DNA of 63,902 nt, counting the filler, from Myxococcota bacterium (GTDB taxonomy: Bacteria; Myxococcota; Myxococcia; Myxococcales; Myxococcaceae), in the NCBI GenBank assembly GCA_049322255.1. It is 3 parts of 3 records of this genome, joined end to end, with 100 filler letters (N's around TTAATTAATTAA, not from the genome) between each part and the next. Parts side by side here need not be neighbours in the genome. Positions count along the whole stretch, not along the records: positions 25,249 to 50,295 come from JBMORE010000057.1; 2 more parts are not named here. One strand, 5' to 3'. Below the pieces are notes generated by a model. The model was not told the DNA's origin. It made no database searches and saw only the letters and a list, made by a program, of their open reading frames with translations. The position numbers and the translations under genes were made by a program. Numbering within the stretch: position 1 is the first letter of the stretch; each line of letters begins with the position of its first letter. Positions 25,711 through 38,670 of the stretch are shown here, one piece after another.

Positions 25711-27063
25711 GTGGAACCGACGGTGACGGTCATCGGCGCGGGCTTGGCTGGGTCGGAGTGCGCACATCAGCTCGCCCGCCGCGGGGTGCGGGTGAGCTTG
25801 CGGGAAATGAAGCCCCACAAGCGCTCGCCCGCCCACAAGGCAGACGGGCTGGCAGAGCTGGTGTGCTCGAACTCTTTTCGTTCGGACAGCCCGACCAGCG
25901 CGATTGGGCTTTTGCACGAAGAGCTGCGGCGCGCGCGTTCGCTCATTCTCGCGTGCGCCGACGCTCACCGGGTGCCGGCCGGCGAGGCGCTGGCGGTCGA
26001 CCGTGAGCGCTTTTCCGGCGCGGTGACCGAAGCGCTGCGTTCGCACCCGCTCGTCGAGCTTTCGGCGGGGGAGGTCGAGCGGTTGCCTGACGGGGTGGTG
26101 GTGGTGGCCACCGGGCCGCTCACCTCCGACGCGCTCACCGCGGAGCTGACGCGGCACGTGGGAGAGAAGCTGTACTTCTATGATTCGATCGCTCCCATCG
26201 TCTCCGCCGACTCGATCGACCTCTCGGTCGCCTTCCGCCAGAGCCGGTACGGCAAGGGAGGCGGAGACGACTACCTCAACCTGCCGCTGACCCGCGAGGA
26301 GTACCTACGCTTCGTCGCCGATCTGCGAGCGGGAGAGAAGGTGGCTCCCCATGCCTTCGAGGAACCGAAGTACTTCGAAGGCTGTCTGCCCATCGAAGTG
26401 ATGGCGGAGCGCGGAGACGACGTCTTGGCCTTCGGGCCGATGAAACCGGTGGGGCTGTTCGACCCGCGCACCGGCAAGGCGCCGCACGCGGTGGTGCAGC
26501 TACGCATGGAGGACCGCGCTGGTACCGCTTATAACCTGGTGGGCTTTCAGACGCGGCTCACCTGGCCGGAGCAGCGACGCATCTTCAAGACGTTGCCCGG
26601 GCTCGCCCAGGCCGAGTTCCTGCGCATGGGGCAGATACACCGCAATACCTTCATCGACGGGCCGCGGCTCTTGGCGCACGACTTGTCGCTCAAGAGCCAG
26701 CCACGGCTCTTCTTCGCCGGGCAGGTGAGCGGCGTCGAGGGTTACGTGGAGAGTGCCGCGTGTGGATACTTGGTCGCGCTGGCGGTGCACGCGCGCCTGA
26801 TCGGCCGACCGTTCATGGCGCCGCCGCCGACCACGGCGATGGGAGCGCTCTTTGGCCACGTCACCGGCGCCGCGCACCCGGAAGGCCACACCTACCAGCC
26901 CAGCAACGTCACCTTCGGACTTTTTCCGCCGCTGCCGGGGCGGGTGAAGAGAGCGCAAAAACGCGAGCGCTATGCCGAGCGCGCCCGCGCCGATTTTTCG
27001 ACCTGGTGGACGCAGCTCGATGCCGCCGAGGAGGATCTTCCCGTTGCCACTGTTCATGCGTAG
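25711..27063 (+). CDS. trmFO: Folate/FAD-dependent tRNA m5U54 methyltransferase
   Basis: [52 protein letters not shown]. Confidence 0.95.
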   Translation: MEPTVTVIGAGLAGSECAHQLARRGVRVSLREMKPHKRSPAHKADGLAELVCSNSFRSDSPTSAIGLLHEELRRARSLILACADAHRVPAGEALAVDRERFSGAVTEALRSHPLVELSAGEVERLPDGVVVVATGPLTSDALTAELTRHVGEKLYFYDSIAPIVSADSIDLSVAFRQSRYGKGGGDDYLNLPLTREEYLRFVADLRAGEKVAPHAFEEPKYFEGCLPIEVMAERGDDVLAFGPMKPVGLFDPRTGKAPHAVVQLRMEDRAGTAYNLVGFQTRLTWPEQRRIFKTLPGLAQAEFLRMGQIHRNTFIDGPRLLAHDLSLKSQPRLFFAGQVSGVEGYVESAACGYLVALAVHARLIGRPFMAPPPTTAMGALFGHVTGAAHPEGHTYQPSNVTFGLFPPLPGRVKRAQKRERYAERARADFSTWWTQLDAAEEDLPVATVHA

Positions 27064-27065
27064 CA

Positions 27066-27094
27066 CCCCTCTCCCTTGGGGGGAGGGTGAGGGG
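27066..27094. repeat. CCCTCTCCC-type repeat, copy 3
   Basis: cccctctcccttggggggagggtgagggg right after the trmFO stop. Confidence 0.7.
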
Positions 27095-27121
27095 CTGGGC
27101 GTTCGAGTACGGGCTGAACAA

Positions 27122-27262
27122 CCGGGAGCGGGAGCGGGAGCGGGAGCGTTTGCGGGCATCGGGAACGCTTACGGCTCACGGTGGCGGGTCACGTGTCCGG
27201 TCGCGTGCGACGTACCCGATTGCCGGCCCCGTTCCCGCAAACGCTCCCGCTCCCGCTCCCGG
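27122..27262. repeat. Foldback element with (GGGAGC)n arms
   Basis: Perfect 28-bp inverted repeat 27129-27156 / 27234-27261 plus an inner atcgggaacg / cgtacccgat pair. Confidence 0.85.
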
Positions 27263-27286
27263 CTTCTCGGTGAAAGCTCAAGCGCG

Positions 27287-28852
27287 ATGAGGCGTCACTT
27301 CGCCGCCGTCGGCATGCTCCTGACCCTCTCCCTCACGACGCTTGCCTGCAAGAAGCCGCAGGGCGGCGGGCACGCCATCGGAGGTGTCGGCAAAGCGGTC
27401 GCCACCGGTGCGGCCACGGACTTGCGGGTGTCCCCCGATGGAAAGCACGCGGCGTTTCTCATCGATGCCGAGAAGCCCCGGCTCGAGGGAGTGCCGCCGC
27501 AGATGCTCGTCGGAGAGCTCCACACCGCCGCGCTGGAGACAGGTACCAGCAAGAAGGCCGGTAACGTCATCACCAACGTGCCCGGGGGCTACCTGTTCTC
27601 TTCCGATTCGCGCTGGCTCTTTTTTCTTGCCGGGTACAACGCGGCCGAGCAGTCGGGCGAGCTCAACCTGCTCGATCTGTCCGACCCCGCGACTGACCCA
27701 CGCAAGCTGGGCTCGAACGTCACCTACATGCTCGCCAGCCCCGATGGGAAATGGCTCGCGTTCGTCGAGGAAGGGGTCCTCAAGCTCTCCGCGCTCGAGG
27801 GCGGGGCTGTGAAGGAGATCGCCGGCGAGGTCTCCACCGCGCAGTTTTCGCCCGACGGCAAGACGCTCTATTTCAAGCGGCGCCTCTCGGCGGCAGGCGG
27901 CCTGTTCTTCGTCTCGCTCGACAAGCCCGACGCGCCCAAGCGTCTGGCGGACCAAGTGGGCGACTACTCCATCTCTCCTGACTCCAAGTATGTGGCGTTC
28001 GCCCAGCGTTCGGACGTCGTGCGCAACACGTACGACCTTTTTCATGCCTCGCGGCCGGAGATGAAGCCGGTGAAGCTCGCGGGAGGAACGGCGTTGTTCG
28101 CCTTCTCGCCCGACGGCCAGTGGCTCGCCCGCACCGAGGGCGGAAAGCCCGAGCTCATCGGCGATCTGGTGATTGGCTCCGCGTCGGGAGGCCCCGGGCG
28201 CAAGCTTGCCGAGCGGGTGCAGGAATTCTCCTTCGCTCCCGACTCGACCGCCATTGGCTACCTCGAGCACTACGACATCGCCGCCCGCGCGGGACTGGTG
28301 GGAGTGGCCACGCTGCCCGACGGCAAGCCCAAGCGGGTGGGGGAGCGCAGCCCCAACTTCACCTGGGGCGCCGATGGCCGCTACCTCGCCTTCCTCTCGC
28401 GCTTTTTGAAGCCGATCTACTCCGTCGACCTCATGCTCTACCCGGTGGGCGCCGAAGAGGCGTTCAAAGTCCACGCAGGGGTGTTCGGCTATGGCTTCGG
28501 CCCGAAGAACGAGTACCTCTTGTATCGCTCGGGCTGCATTCGCGACGGGCGGGCGTGCGACCTCTATGAGCTCGACTTGAGCAAGCCCAAGGAGCCGGCG
28601 AAGAAGGCCGCCGAAGGCATCTACAGCTTTCGGCCGGCGGAGGATGGCGCGCGTGTGCTCTTGTCGTACGCCCGGCTGGAGAAGGGCGAGTACTACGACG
28701 TGGCGGTGCTCAACCGGAAGACCCAAGAGCGCAAGACGCTCGATCAGTGGATTCACCTCCCCGCGCATTTCCTCGATAGCGCCGGCAGTCGCATCAGCTA
28801 CGTCATCGCTCACCGCAGCCGGGCGGGCGTTTACATCGCCGACACGCCGTAG
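27287..28852 (+). CDS. aglU: TolB/WD-like beta-propeller lipoprotein, gliding motility AglU-like
   Basis: Lipobox TLA-C; many SPDG/APDS repeats; position before xerC-hslVU as recalled for M. xanthus. Confidence 0.7.
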   Translation: MRRHFAAVGMLLTLSLTTLACKKPQGGGHAIGGVGKAVATGAATDLRVSPDGKHAAFLIDAEKPRLEGVPPQMLVGELHTAALETGTSKKAGNVITNVPGGYLFSSDSRWLFFLAGYNAAEQSGELNLLDLSDPATDPRKLGSNVTYMLASPDGKWLAFVEEGVLKLSALEGGAVKEIAGEVSTAQFSPDGKTLYFKRRLSAAGGLFFVSLDKPDAPKRLADQVGDYSISPDSKYVAFAQRSDVVRNTYDLFHASRPEMKPVKLAGGTALFAFSPDGQWLARTEGGKPELIGDLVIGSASGGPGRKLAERVQEFSFAPDSTAIGYLEHYDIAARAGLVGVATLPDGKPKRVGERSPNFTWGADGRYLAFLSRFLKPIYSVDLMLYPVGAEEAFKVHAGVFGYGFGPKNEYLLYRSGCIRDGRACDLYELDLSKPKEPAKKAAEGIYSFRPAEDGARVLLSYARLEKGEYYDVAVLNRKTQERKTLDQWIHLPAHFLDSAGSRISYVIAHRSRAGVYIADTP

Positions 28853-28855
28853 ATT

Positions 28856-28945
28856 CCCTCTCCCTTTGGGAGAGGGGAAGGGTGAGGGGCGTTAATACCC
28901 GAAAGCTCACACCCCTCACCCCCACCCTCTCCCAGAGGGAGAGGG
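28856..28945. repeat. Inverted doublet of CCCTCTCCC-type repeats, copies 4-5
   Basis: 28856-28889 and 28912-28945 in opposite orientation. Confidence 0.85.
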
Positions 28946-28981
28946 AGTTGACCGGGAGTCTGGCGGCCGTACGCTCTCGAC

Positions 28982-29881
28982 ATGATGAGCTCGGAGCACC
29001 TCGAGGCGTTTTTGCGCTACCTCGTCCATTCGAGGGCCATCTCGCCCCACACGCTCAAGGCTTACCGATCCGATCTAACGGAGCTCGAGTGCTACCTGGC
29101 GAAACACGGTCTCACCTTGGAGAGCGCCACCCACGTGGCCCTTCGCGGCTTCTTGGGCTCGATCGCTGAAAACACCGCCGCCAGCTCCCGCGCGCGCAAG
29201 CTCGCCAGCTTCAAGACCTTCTACAAGTTCCTCGTCCGTCGGGGGCTCCTCCCCTCGAGCCCGGCGGCTCGGCTCAAGGCTCCCAAGCTGCCAAAGCGCC
29301 TGCCGAAGGTGCTTCCAGTGGAAGAAGCCATCCTCCTCGTCGAAGCGCCCAAGGCCAAGGAGACGGTCTTGGGGCTGCGCGATCGGGCCATCCTCGAGGT
29401 GCTCTACGGCGGGGGCCTGCGCATCAGCGAGCTGTGTGGCCTTTCCCTGAACGACCTCGATCGCCGGGCGCGGGTGGTGCGAGTCATGGGCAAGGGCTCC
29501 AAAGAGCGCCTTTGCCCGTTGAACGAAACCGCCTGCGCCGCCGTCGACGCTTACCTCGCGCGCCGGGGAGAGCTCCTGGCGACCCCCCACACGAAGGCCG
29601 ACCCCTCGGCGCTCTTCCTCAACTACCAGGGCGGCCGGTTGCGCCCGCGCTCGATTGCCCGGCACCTGGACACGTACGTGAAGAAGCTCGGTTTGGCTCG
29701 CCAGGTCAGCCCGCACTCGTTGCGTCACTCTTTCGCCACCCATCTGTTGGCCGGCGGAGCCGACATCCGCTCCATTCAAGAGCTGCTGGGCCATGCCAGC
29801 CTGTCGACCACCCAACGCTACACCCACGTCAGCTGGGAGTTGCTCCAAGCCGTCTACGACAAGGCCCACCCGCGCGCCTGA
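28982..29881 (+). CDS. xerC: Tyrosine recombinase XerC
   Basis: RDRAILEVLYGGGLRISEL, GKGSKER, HSLRHSFATH, LGHASLSTTQRY, HPRA; next to trmFO and hslVU. Confidence 0.92.
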   Translation: MMSSEHLEAFLRYLVHSRAISPHTLKAYRSDLTELECYLAKHGLTLESATHVALRGFLGSIAENTAASSRARKLASFKTFYKFLVRRGLLPSSPAARLKAPKLPKRLPKVLPVEEAILLVEAPKAKETVLGLRDRAILEVLYGGGLRISELCGLSLNDLDRRARVVRVMGKGSKERLCPLNETACAAVDAYLARRGELLATPHTKADPSALFLNYQGGRLRPRSIARHLDTYVKKLGLARQVSPHSLRHSFATHLLAGGADIRSIQELLGHASLSTTQRYTHVSWELLQAVYDKAHPRA

Positions 29882-29887
29882 TGCACA

Positions 29888-29919
29888 CCTCTCCCTGTGG
29901 GAGCGGGCAAGGGTAAGGG
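29888..29919. repeat. CCCTCTCCC-type repeat, copy 6 (degenerate)
   Basis: cctctccctgtgggagcgggcaagggtaaggg. Confidence 0.7.
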
Positions 29920-29941
29920 ACCCCGATTATGAAGAGCCGTC

Positions 29942-30592
29942 ATGTCCCCGCGCGGCAAGCCCTTCAACAACCCCTTCACCCACCTCAAGCTCGAACCAAA
30001 GAAGAAGCCGAGCCCACCAGACCCGACGACTCCTGCCAAACTGGCTCCCGCGGAGCTCGACGAATCTGAGCTGTTCCTCCGCTCCGTCGGCGAGGTGACC
30101 CCGGTCCGTTCCGGAAAGTCGCTCGCCCCGCCTCGAGAGCCGCCGACGGCGGCGAGTCTTCACATCGCTGACGAAGAGACCGAAGCGCTCACTCGGCTAT
30201 CCGAGCTGGTGGCCGGCGAGGGTCCGTTCGACCTGTCCGACACCGACGAATTCATCGAAGGGAGCGTCCAGGGGCTCGACGAACGGGTGCGGCTCAAGCT
30301 TCGCCGAGGAGAATTCGCCGTCCAGGCTCATCTCGATCTCCACGGCATGACCAAGGCGGAGGCCAAGGAAGCGTTGGAGCGCTTCATTCACCAGGCGCGC
30401 CTCAAAGGCCAACGCTGCGTCTTGGTCGTGCACGGGCGGGGGTTGCACTCCAAGGACCAGCTCCCCGTGCTCAAGGAAAATCTTCAGAGCTGGTTGTCGC
30501 GCGGGAGGGTCGGCCGCTCGGTGCTCGCGTTCACCAGCGCTCGTCCCAAGGACGGAGGCGCAGGCGCCGTGTACGTGCTCTTACGCCGCTAA
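29942..30592 (+). CDS. Smr/MutS2 C-terminal domain protein
   Basis: LDLHGM, VVHGRG, GGAGAVYVLL. Confidence 0.92.
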   Translation: MSPRGKPFNNPFTHLKLEPKKKPSPPDPTTPAKLAPAELDESELFLRSVGEVTPVRSGKSLAPPREPPTAASLHIADEETEALTRLSELVAGEGPFDLSDTDEFIEGSVQGLDERVRLKLRRGEFAVQAHLDLHGMTKAEAKEALERFIHQARLKGQRCVLVVHGRGLHSKDQLPVLKENLQSWLSRGRVGRSVLAFTSARPKDGGAGAVYVLLRR

Positions 30593-30648
30593 AACCATGC
30601 TCCACGGTTTGCTTTGAACCGCTGGCGCCAACTTGTTAGACCACCCGC

Positions 30649-31176
30649 ATGTTTCACGGGACGACCATCGTCTGCGTGCGCCGCGACGGCAAGGTCGCGC
30701 TGGCGGGCGACGGACAGGTGACGTTGGACAAGACGGTGATGAAGGCGACGGCGAAGAAAGTGCGCCGGCTGGGCGAGGGCAACGTCATCGCCGGATTCGC
30801 CGGCAGCACCTCTGATGCGTTCACCCTCTTCGAGCGCTTCGAGGCCAAGCTCAAAGAGCACCAGCGAAACCTCGCCCGCGCATGTGTCGAGCTGGGGAAA
30901 GACTGGCGCACCGACCGTTTCCTGCGGCGGTTGGAGGCGCTCCTGGTGGTAGCGGACAAGGAAAAGACCTTCGTGCTCTCGGGGGCGGGCGACGTGGTGG
31001 AGCCCGACTTCGGCATCGCCGCCGTCGGTTCAGGTGGGCCGTTCGCGCTCGCTGCTGCGCGCGCTTTGCTCACGCACACCCAGCTGCCCGCCAAGGAGAT
31101 TGCCACCCAGGCAATGGCCATCGCCGCCGACATCTGCATCTACACCAACGCCCACGTCTCTCTCGAGGAGCTGTAG
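30649..31176 (+). CDS. hslV: ATP-dependent protease peptidase subunit
   Basis: TTI..., [25 protein letters not shown]. Confidence 0.97.
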   Translation: MFHGTTIVCVRRDGKVALAGDGQVTLDKTVMKATAKKVRRLGEGNVIAGFAGSTSDAFTLFERFEAKLKEHQRNLARACVELGKDWRTDRFLRRLEALLVVADKEKTFVLSGAGDVVEPDFGIAAVGSGGPFALAAARALLTHTQLPAKEIATQAMAIAADICIYTNAHVSLEEL

Positions 31177-32559
<1,383 letters not shown>

Positions 32560-32589
32560 CGTCGCTCCCGCAAAGCGAAGAGGGCAGCC

Positions 32590-33774
32590 ATGGCGACCCA
32601 AAGCGAGGCAATCATCGAGCGCGCCAAGACTCACCTCTTGCAGAACTACCGGCAGCAGCCGGTGGTCATCGAGCGAGGGCAGGGCGTTCGAGTGTGGGAC
32701 GCCGAGGGGCGGCAGTACCTCGACCTGCTCGGGGGCATCGCCACCTGCGCTTTGGGGCATTGCCACCCTGAGGTGACTGCCGCGGCGAAGGCGCAGCTCG
32801 ACACCCTCTGGCACATCTCCAACGTCTACTACTCGCTCCCACAGGTCGAGCTCGCCGAAAAGCTCACCGCGCTCAGTGCGCTGTCGCGCGCGTTCTTCTG
32901 TAACTCCGGCGCCGAGGCCAACGAGGCGATGATCAAGCTCGCCCGTCGCGCGCAAAAGGACCGCGGCCAGCCCGGGCGCTACGAGATTCTCTGCTTCGAG
33001 GGCTCCTTCCACGGCCGAACCCTGGCCACCCTCACCGCCACCGGCCAGCCGAAGTACCAACGAGGGTTCGAGCCGCTCCCGGCCGGCTTTCGTCACGTGC
33101 CGTACGGAGACTTGGGCGCGGCGGAGAAGGCCGTCGGCACGCAGACGGCGGCGATCCTCGTCGAGCCGATTCAGGGAGAAGGTGGGGTGCGCGTGGCGCC
33201 GCCGGGTTTTCTTCGGGGCTTGCGCGCGCTGTGCGACCAGCACGGCCTGCTCCTGCTCGTGGACGAGGTCCAGACCGGCATGGGCCGTACCGGCAAGATG
33301 TTCGCTTTCCAGCACGACGACGTGCGACCCGACGCCATCTCGATGGCCAAGGCGTTGGGCAACGGGCTTCCCATCGGCGCGATGCTATGTGGGGAGGAGG
33401 TCTCCAAGGCGCTCCCTTCGGGCGCGCACGGGTCGACCTTCGGGGGCAACCTCGTCGTCGCTGCCGCTGCCAACGTCGTCGTCTCGCTCATCGCGAAGAT
33501 GCTCGACGAAGTCCGGACCAAGGGAGAGCACCTGTTGGCGGGTGTCCAAGCGCTGCAGAAGAAGCATTCCCAACGCATCATCGCCGTGCGTGGCCGCGGC
33601 TTGCTGGTGGGGGTCGAGCTCAGCGAAGACGCCGCCTCGGTGGTGGCGCGCTGCCTGGAGAACGGGCTGCTCGTCAACCTCGCTGGTGAGCGCACGGTGC
33701 GCTTCGCTCCTGCCTTTGTCGTCACCCCCGCCGAGCTGGACGAAGGGCTGGGCCTGTTCGAAAAATCGCTCTAA
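32590..33774 (+). CDS. argD: Acetylornithine aminotransferase
   Basis: NSGAEANE, SFHGRT, EPIQGEGG, DEVQTG, AKALGNG, HGSTFGGN. Confidence 0.9.
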   Translation: MATQSEAIIERAKTHLLQNYRQQPVVIERGQGVRVWDAEGRQYLDLLGGIATCALGHCHPEVTAAAKAQLDTLWHISNVYYSLPQVELAEKLTALSALSRAFFCNSGAEANEAMIKLARRAQKDRGQPGRYEILCFEGSFHGRTLATLTATGQPKYQRGFEPLPAGFRHVPYGDLGAAEKAVGTQTAAILVEPIQGEGGVRVAPPGFLRGLRALCDQHGLLLLVDEVQTGMGRTGKMFAFQHDDVRPDAISMAKALGNGLPIGAMLCGEEVSKALPSGAHGSTFGGNLVVAAAANVVVSLIAKMLDEVRTKGEHLLAGVQALQKKHSQRIIAVRGRGLLVGVELSEDAASVVARCLENGLLVNLAGERTVRFAPAFVVTPAELDEGLGLFEKSL

Positions 33775-33787
33775 ACTCGCCGGCCGA

Positions 33788-34993
33788 GTGAGTCAGCCGG
33801 ACACGATCGTGGGCCTGGGGGCGCGAAGCGATTATGTCGCCTCGGCTCCCAACATCGACCCCAAGCGGCTTGCCCTGAGCGCGGAGGAGGACAAGGTCTT
33901 CACCTGCGTCGGCAAGGTGTCGCAGATCAAGGACGTGCTTTCGCGCTCGGGGCTCTCCGAGCCGCGCACCATCGCCGTTCTTTTGGCTCTGCGGGCCAAG
34001 GGAGTCATCGTGCCCGCGAAGGTGAACAAGCCCTCTGGGCCGGCCGACCTCGCCAACGCTGCCCTCGCCGAGGAGGTGGACCTCGACCCCGCTCGCAAGA
34101 AAGAGATTCTCGATCTCGAGCGAATGGTGGAGAGCGCTCATCACTTCGAGGTGCTGGGCCTTCGTCCCGGCGCGCCTGCCGAAGAGGTGAAAAAGGCGTT
34201 CTACGAAGCCTCGCGGCGCTACCACCCCGACCGCTACTTCGGAAAGAGCTTGGGCTCGTTCAAGGCCCGCATCGAGCGCGTGTTTCGCCGGCTCTCCGAG
34301 GCGAACACCACCCTCACCGACCCCGAACGGCGGGCCGCGTACCTGCAAGAGCACCCCGAGCTGGCGGCGGCCCCGGCACCCCAGGCGAGCGTCTCCGAGG
34401 AGGCCGCCAAGACGGCCGCGGACGAGAAACGCGAAGCGGAGCGGCGCGCCCGGTTCATCAAGCACCCCTACCTGGCCAAAGCGGCGCGGGTGTCGGAGCT
34501 GCTCAACCGCGCCAAGGCCCACATCGCCAAGGGGGAGCACGGGCACGCCTACACCGATCTGCACATGGCCGCGCAAATCGACGAGAAGAACGTCGAGGTG
34601 AAGACGCTGCTGGCCGAGTCCAAGCGCAGGCACGAGAGCGCGCGGGCCCAGGAGGAGCTCGACAAGGCCGCCGAGGCGGAGGCCTTGGGTGAGCTCGAGG
34701 CGGCGGTGGCCGCGTACAAGACCGCCAGCAACTTGGACCCCAGCCTGGCCGCGCCGGCGGTCAAGGCCGCCCGGCTGCTGCTCCACCTCGGTGACTCCAA
34801 GGACGCCCGCACCTTCGCGCAACGGGCAGTGGACGCCGCGCCCAAGGTTGCCGAGCATCATGCCCTGCTCGGCGAGGTTCTCCTCGCTGCGGGGAGCAAG
34901 GTCTTGGCCAAGCGGCAGTTCGAAGAGGCGCTGAAGCTCGACCCGCAACATGCGGAGGCGAAGAAGCACGCCAAGAAGTGGTGGCCGTTCTAA
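33788..34993 (+). CDS. J-domain protein with TPR repeats
   Basis: HFEVLG...YHPDR; C-terminal TPR-like repeats; directly upstream of the Hsp70. Confidence 0.85.
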   Translation: MSQPDTIVGLGARSDYVASAPNIDPKRLALSAEEDKVFTCVGKVSQIKDVLSRSGLSEPRTIAVLLALRAKGVIVPAKVNKPSGPADLANAALAEEVDLDPARKKEILDLERMVESAHHFEVLGLRPGAPAEEVKKAFYEASRRYHPDRYFGKSLGSFKARIERVFRRLSEANTTLTDPERRAAYLQEHPELAAAPAPQASVSEEAAKTAADEKREAERRARFIKHPYLAKAARVSELLNRAKAHIAKGEHGHAYTDLHMAAQIDEKNVEVKTLLAESKRRHESARAQEELDKAAEAEALGELEAAVAAYKTASNLDPSLAAPAVKAARLLLHLGDSKDARTFAQRAVDAAPKVAEHHALLGEVLLAAGSKVLAKRQFEEALKLDPQHAEAKKHAKKWWPF

Positions 34994-35004
34994 AAAGAGC
35001 ACGC

Positions 35005-36852
<1,848 letters not shown>

Positions 36853-36854
36853 GG

Positions 36855-37766
36855 ATGAGCGCACAGAGGGCCAATCAGCTGGTGGAGGCGGGTTTGTGGC
36901 TTCGGCTCTCGGGAGACCACGAGGGAGCCCGGCGACTGTTCGAGCAAGCTTTGCGACTCGACCCCAGCAACGAGAAGGCCAGGCAGCTGATTTCCAGCGG
37001 GCAGCTGAGCACGAGCCCCATGCCCCTGCCGCCTTTGCCCGACCAGCCCGTTCCCAGCCCACCGCCTATCTCTCCGCTCTCCTCGAATCCTTTCGAGCCG
37101 CCCAAAAAGGCAAGCCCGTCGGCGAGCGTGTTGGAGGTGGATTGGGGGATGGCGACTGGCTTGGGAAGCCTGGAGGCCGATCCGTCGGGAAGCGCCGCGC
37201 CTGCGGTGTTGCCGGTGGTACGGCCGCCGCCAAAGGAGCTCGCCGCTGACGCCACCAGCGCCTGGGACTTCAAGTCGAACCCCGGCGTCGCCCTCTCCGA
37301 GGTCCGTGCCCCACGGAACGACGCGCTCGACTTGATGCTCGCCGACGACGCCGAGGCCAAGCGTTCGCCGGCGGACGAGGCAGTCGACGAGGTGCAGACC
37401 CTGCTTCGCGGCGCCAAGGATCTGCTCGAGCTCGACGACCACTCCGGAGCGATGGACCTGCTCCAGAAGGCGCAGGAGCTGGCGCCCAACGACCCCGACG
37501 TGCAGCAGATGCGCGCGAAGAGCGAGCGCGTGCTGCAGGCGATGTTCGAGTCGAAGTTGGGCGACCTTTCTTCCGTGCCCCGGGTCGCGCTCAAGGACGA
37601 CGAGATCATCTGGCTCAACCTCGACCACCGCGCCGGCTTCGTGCTCGCGCAGATCGACGGGACGGTGACCTTCGAAGACCTCTTCGCCGTCTCTGGAATG
37701 TCGCGGCTGGACACGGCGCGCATCCTCGCCCAGTTGGTCGAGGAGGGGGTCATCACCCGCGGTTAG
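36855..37766 (+). CDS. TPR-containing hypothetical protein
   Basis: N-terminal TPR-like unit, Pro-rich linker, C-terminal LDHRAGFVLAQIDG domain. Confidence 0.75.
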   Translation: MSAQRANQLVEAGLWLRLSGDHEGARRLFEQALRLDPSNEKARQLISSGQLSTSPMPLPPLPDQPVPSPPPISPLSSNPFEPPKKASPSASVLEVDWGMATGLGSLEADPSGSAAPAVLPVVRPPPKELAADATSAWDFKSNPGVALSEVRAPRNDALDLMLADDAEAKRSPADEAVDEVQTLLRGAKDLLELDDHSGAMDLLQKAQELAPNDPDVQQMRAKSERVLQAMFESKLGDLSSVPRVALKDDEIIWLNLDHRAGFVLAQIDGTVTFEDLFAVSGMSRLDTARILAQLVEEGVITRG

Positions 37767-38242
37767 TGACGAATCACCGCCGTCCAAGTGCCTCTGACCA
37801 CCAGCTTACCGGTCTGGTTCTTCGATTCGGTCTCCATCACCACGAAGTCTTTTCCCGCCTTCTCGAAGATTCGGGTGAGCGTCCCGTGGGTGGTCATCAC
37901 GTCGCCTGGGCGCATGACGTCGAAGAGCTCGAAGTCCTGCTCGCCGTGCACCAGCATGAGCAGGTCGATGCCCAGCGCCGGGTCGGTGACAGCGGCGGCG
38001 AAGGGCGCGATGGCGAAGGTCACCGCGAAGGTGGGAAAAGCGATGATCGAGCCGTAGGTGCCTTCTTTGGCGGCTTTCTCGTCCCACAGGTAAGGGTGAA
38101 GACCCTCCGGTGCGCCGCTGCCGAAACCGAACGAAGGCACGCCCCCGCCTACCGCGTAGGCGAACTCGCGCAGCTTCTCCACGCCGATGGTGTAGACGTA
38201 CGGGCCGTAGCCCTTGCCCACGTGCTTGGGGTCGACGGGCAT
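37763..38242 (-). CDS. MaoC/FAS1-like hotdog dehydratase subunit (HadA/C-like)
   Basis: REFAYAVG, PTF, LVHGEQDF. Confidence 0.85.
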   Translation of the reverse strand: MPVDPKHVGKGYGPYVYTIGVEKLREFAYAVGGGVPSFGFGSGAPEGLHPYLWDEKAAKEGTYGSIIAFPTFAVTFAIAPFAAAVTDPALGIDLLMLVHGEQDFELFDVMRPGDVMTTHGTLTRIFEKAGKDFVVMETESKNQTGKLVVRGTWTAVIRH

Positions 38243-38243
38243 G

Positions 38244-38636
38244 TCAGAGCTCCGCCTCCAGCAAGGTTCCTTTGAGCACGTCCTCGCCTTTTTGGTTTTT
38301 CGCCGACAGCTCGGCACAGACCCGGTTGCCCTCGATGGAGGTCACCTTGCCCTCGAAGGTGATGGTGTCTTCGATCGCCACCGGGCGCGAGAAGCGCACC
38401 TTCACCCGCCGCACCTTGCCCGGGTCTCCGAGGTAGCGCACCCACGATTCGGCCGCCCAGGCCATCGTGCACAACCCCTGGAGAATCGCCCCGCCCAGGC
38501 CGGCGGCTTGGCCGACGTCGCCGTCGATGTGAATGGGGTTGAAGTCGCCGCTGGTCGCCGCGTAGTAGATCGGCCGGTACTTGTCGCACTCGCGCACCTG
38601 CATGAACGTGTCGCCCACCTGAGCTGTCTTCGCCAT
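38244..38636 (-). CDS. MaoC hotdog dehydratase (HadB-like)
   Basis: YAATSGDFNPIH hydratase motif. Confidence 0.88.
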   Translation of the reverse strand: MAKTAQVGDTFMQVRECDKYRPIYYAATSGDFNPIHIDGDVGQAAGLGGAILQGLCTMAWAAESWVRYLGDPGKVRRVKVRFSRPVAIEDTITFEGKVTSIEGNRVCAELSAKNQKGEDVLKGTLLEAEL

Positions 38637-38670
38637 GGCGCGGCGGTCTAACGGCGGCGAGCTACCAGCG

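Noticed and set aside
26972..27286. Long N-terminal extensions in the ORF track (aglU, also trmFO, engB, J-protein, thiE)
   Set aside because: Read-through of repeats or upstream genes; RBS or signal-peptide evidence supports the shorter starts given
28982..29881. Tyrosine recombinase as a possible phage or island integrase
   Set aside because: XerC-type sequence ending HPRA in the housekeeping trmFO-xerC-hslVU context; no cargo or att sites seen
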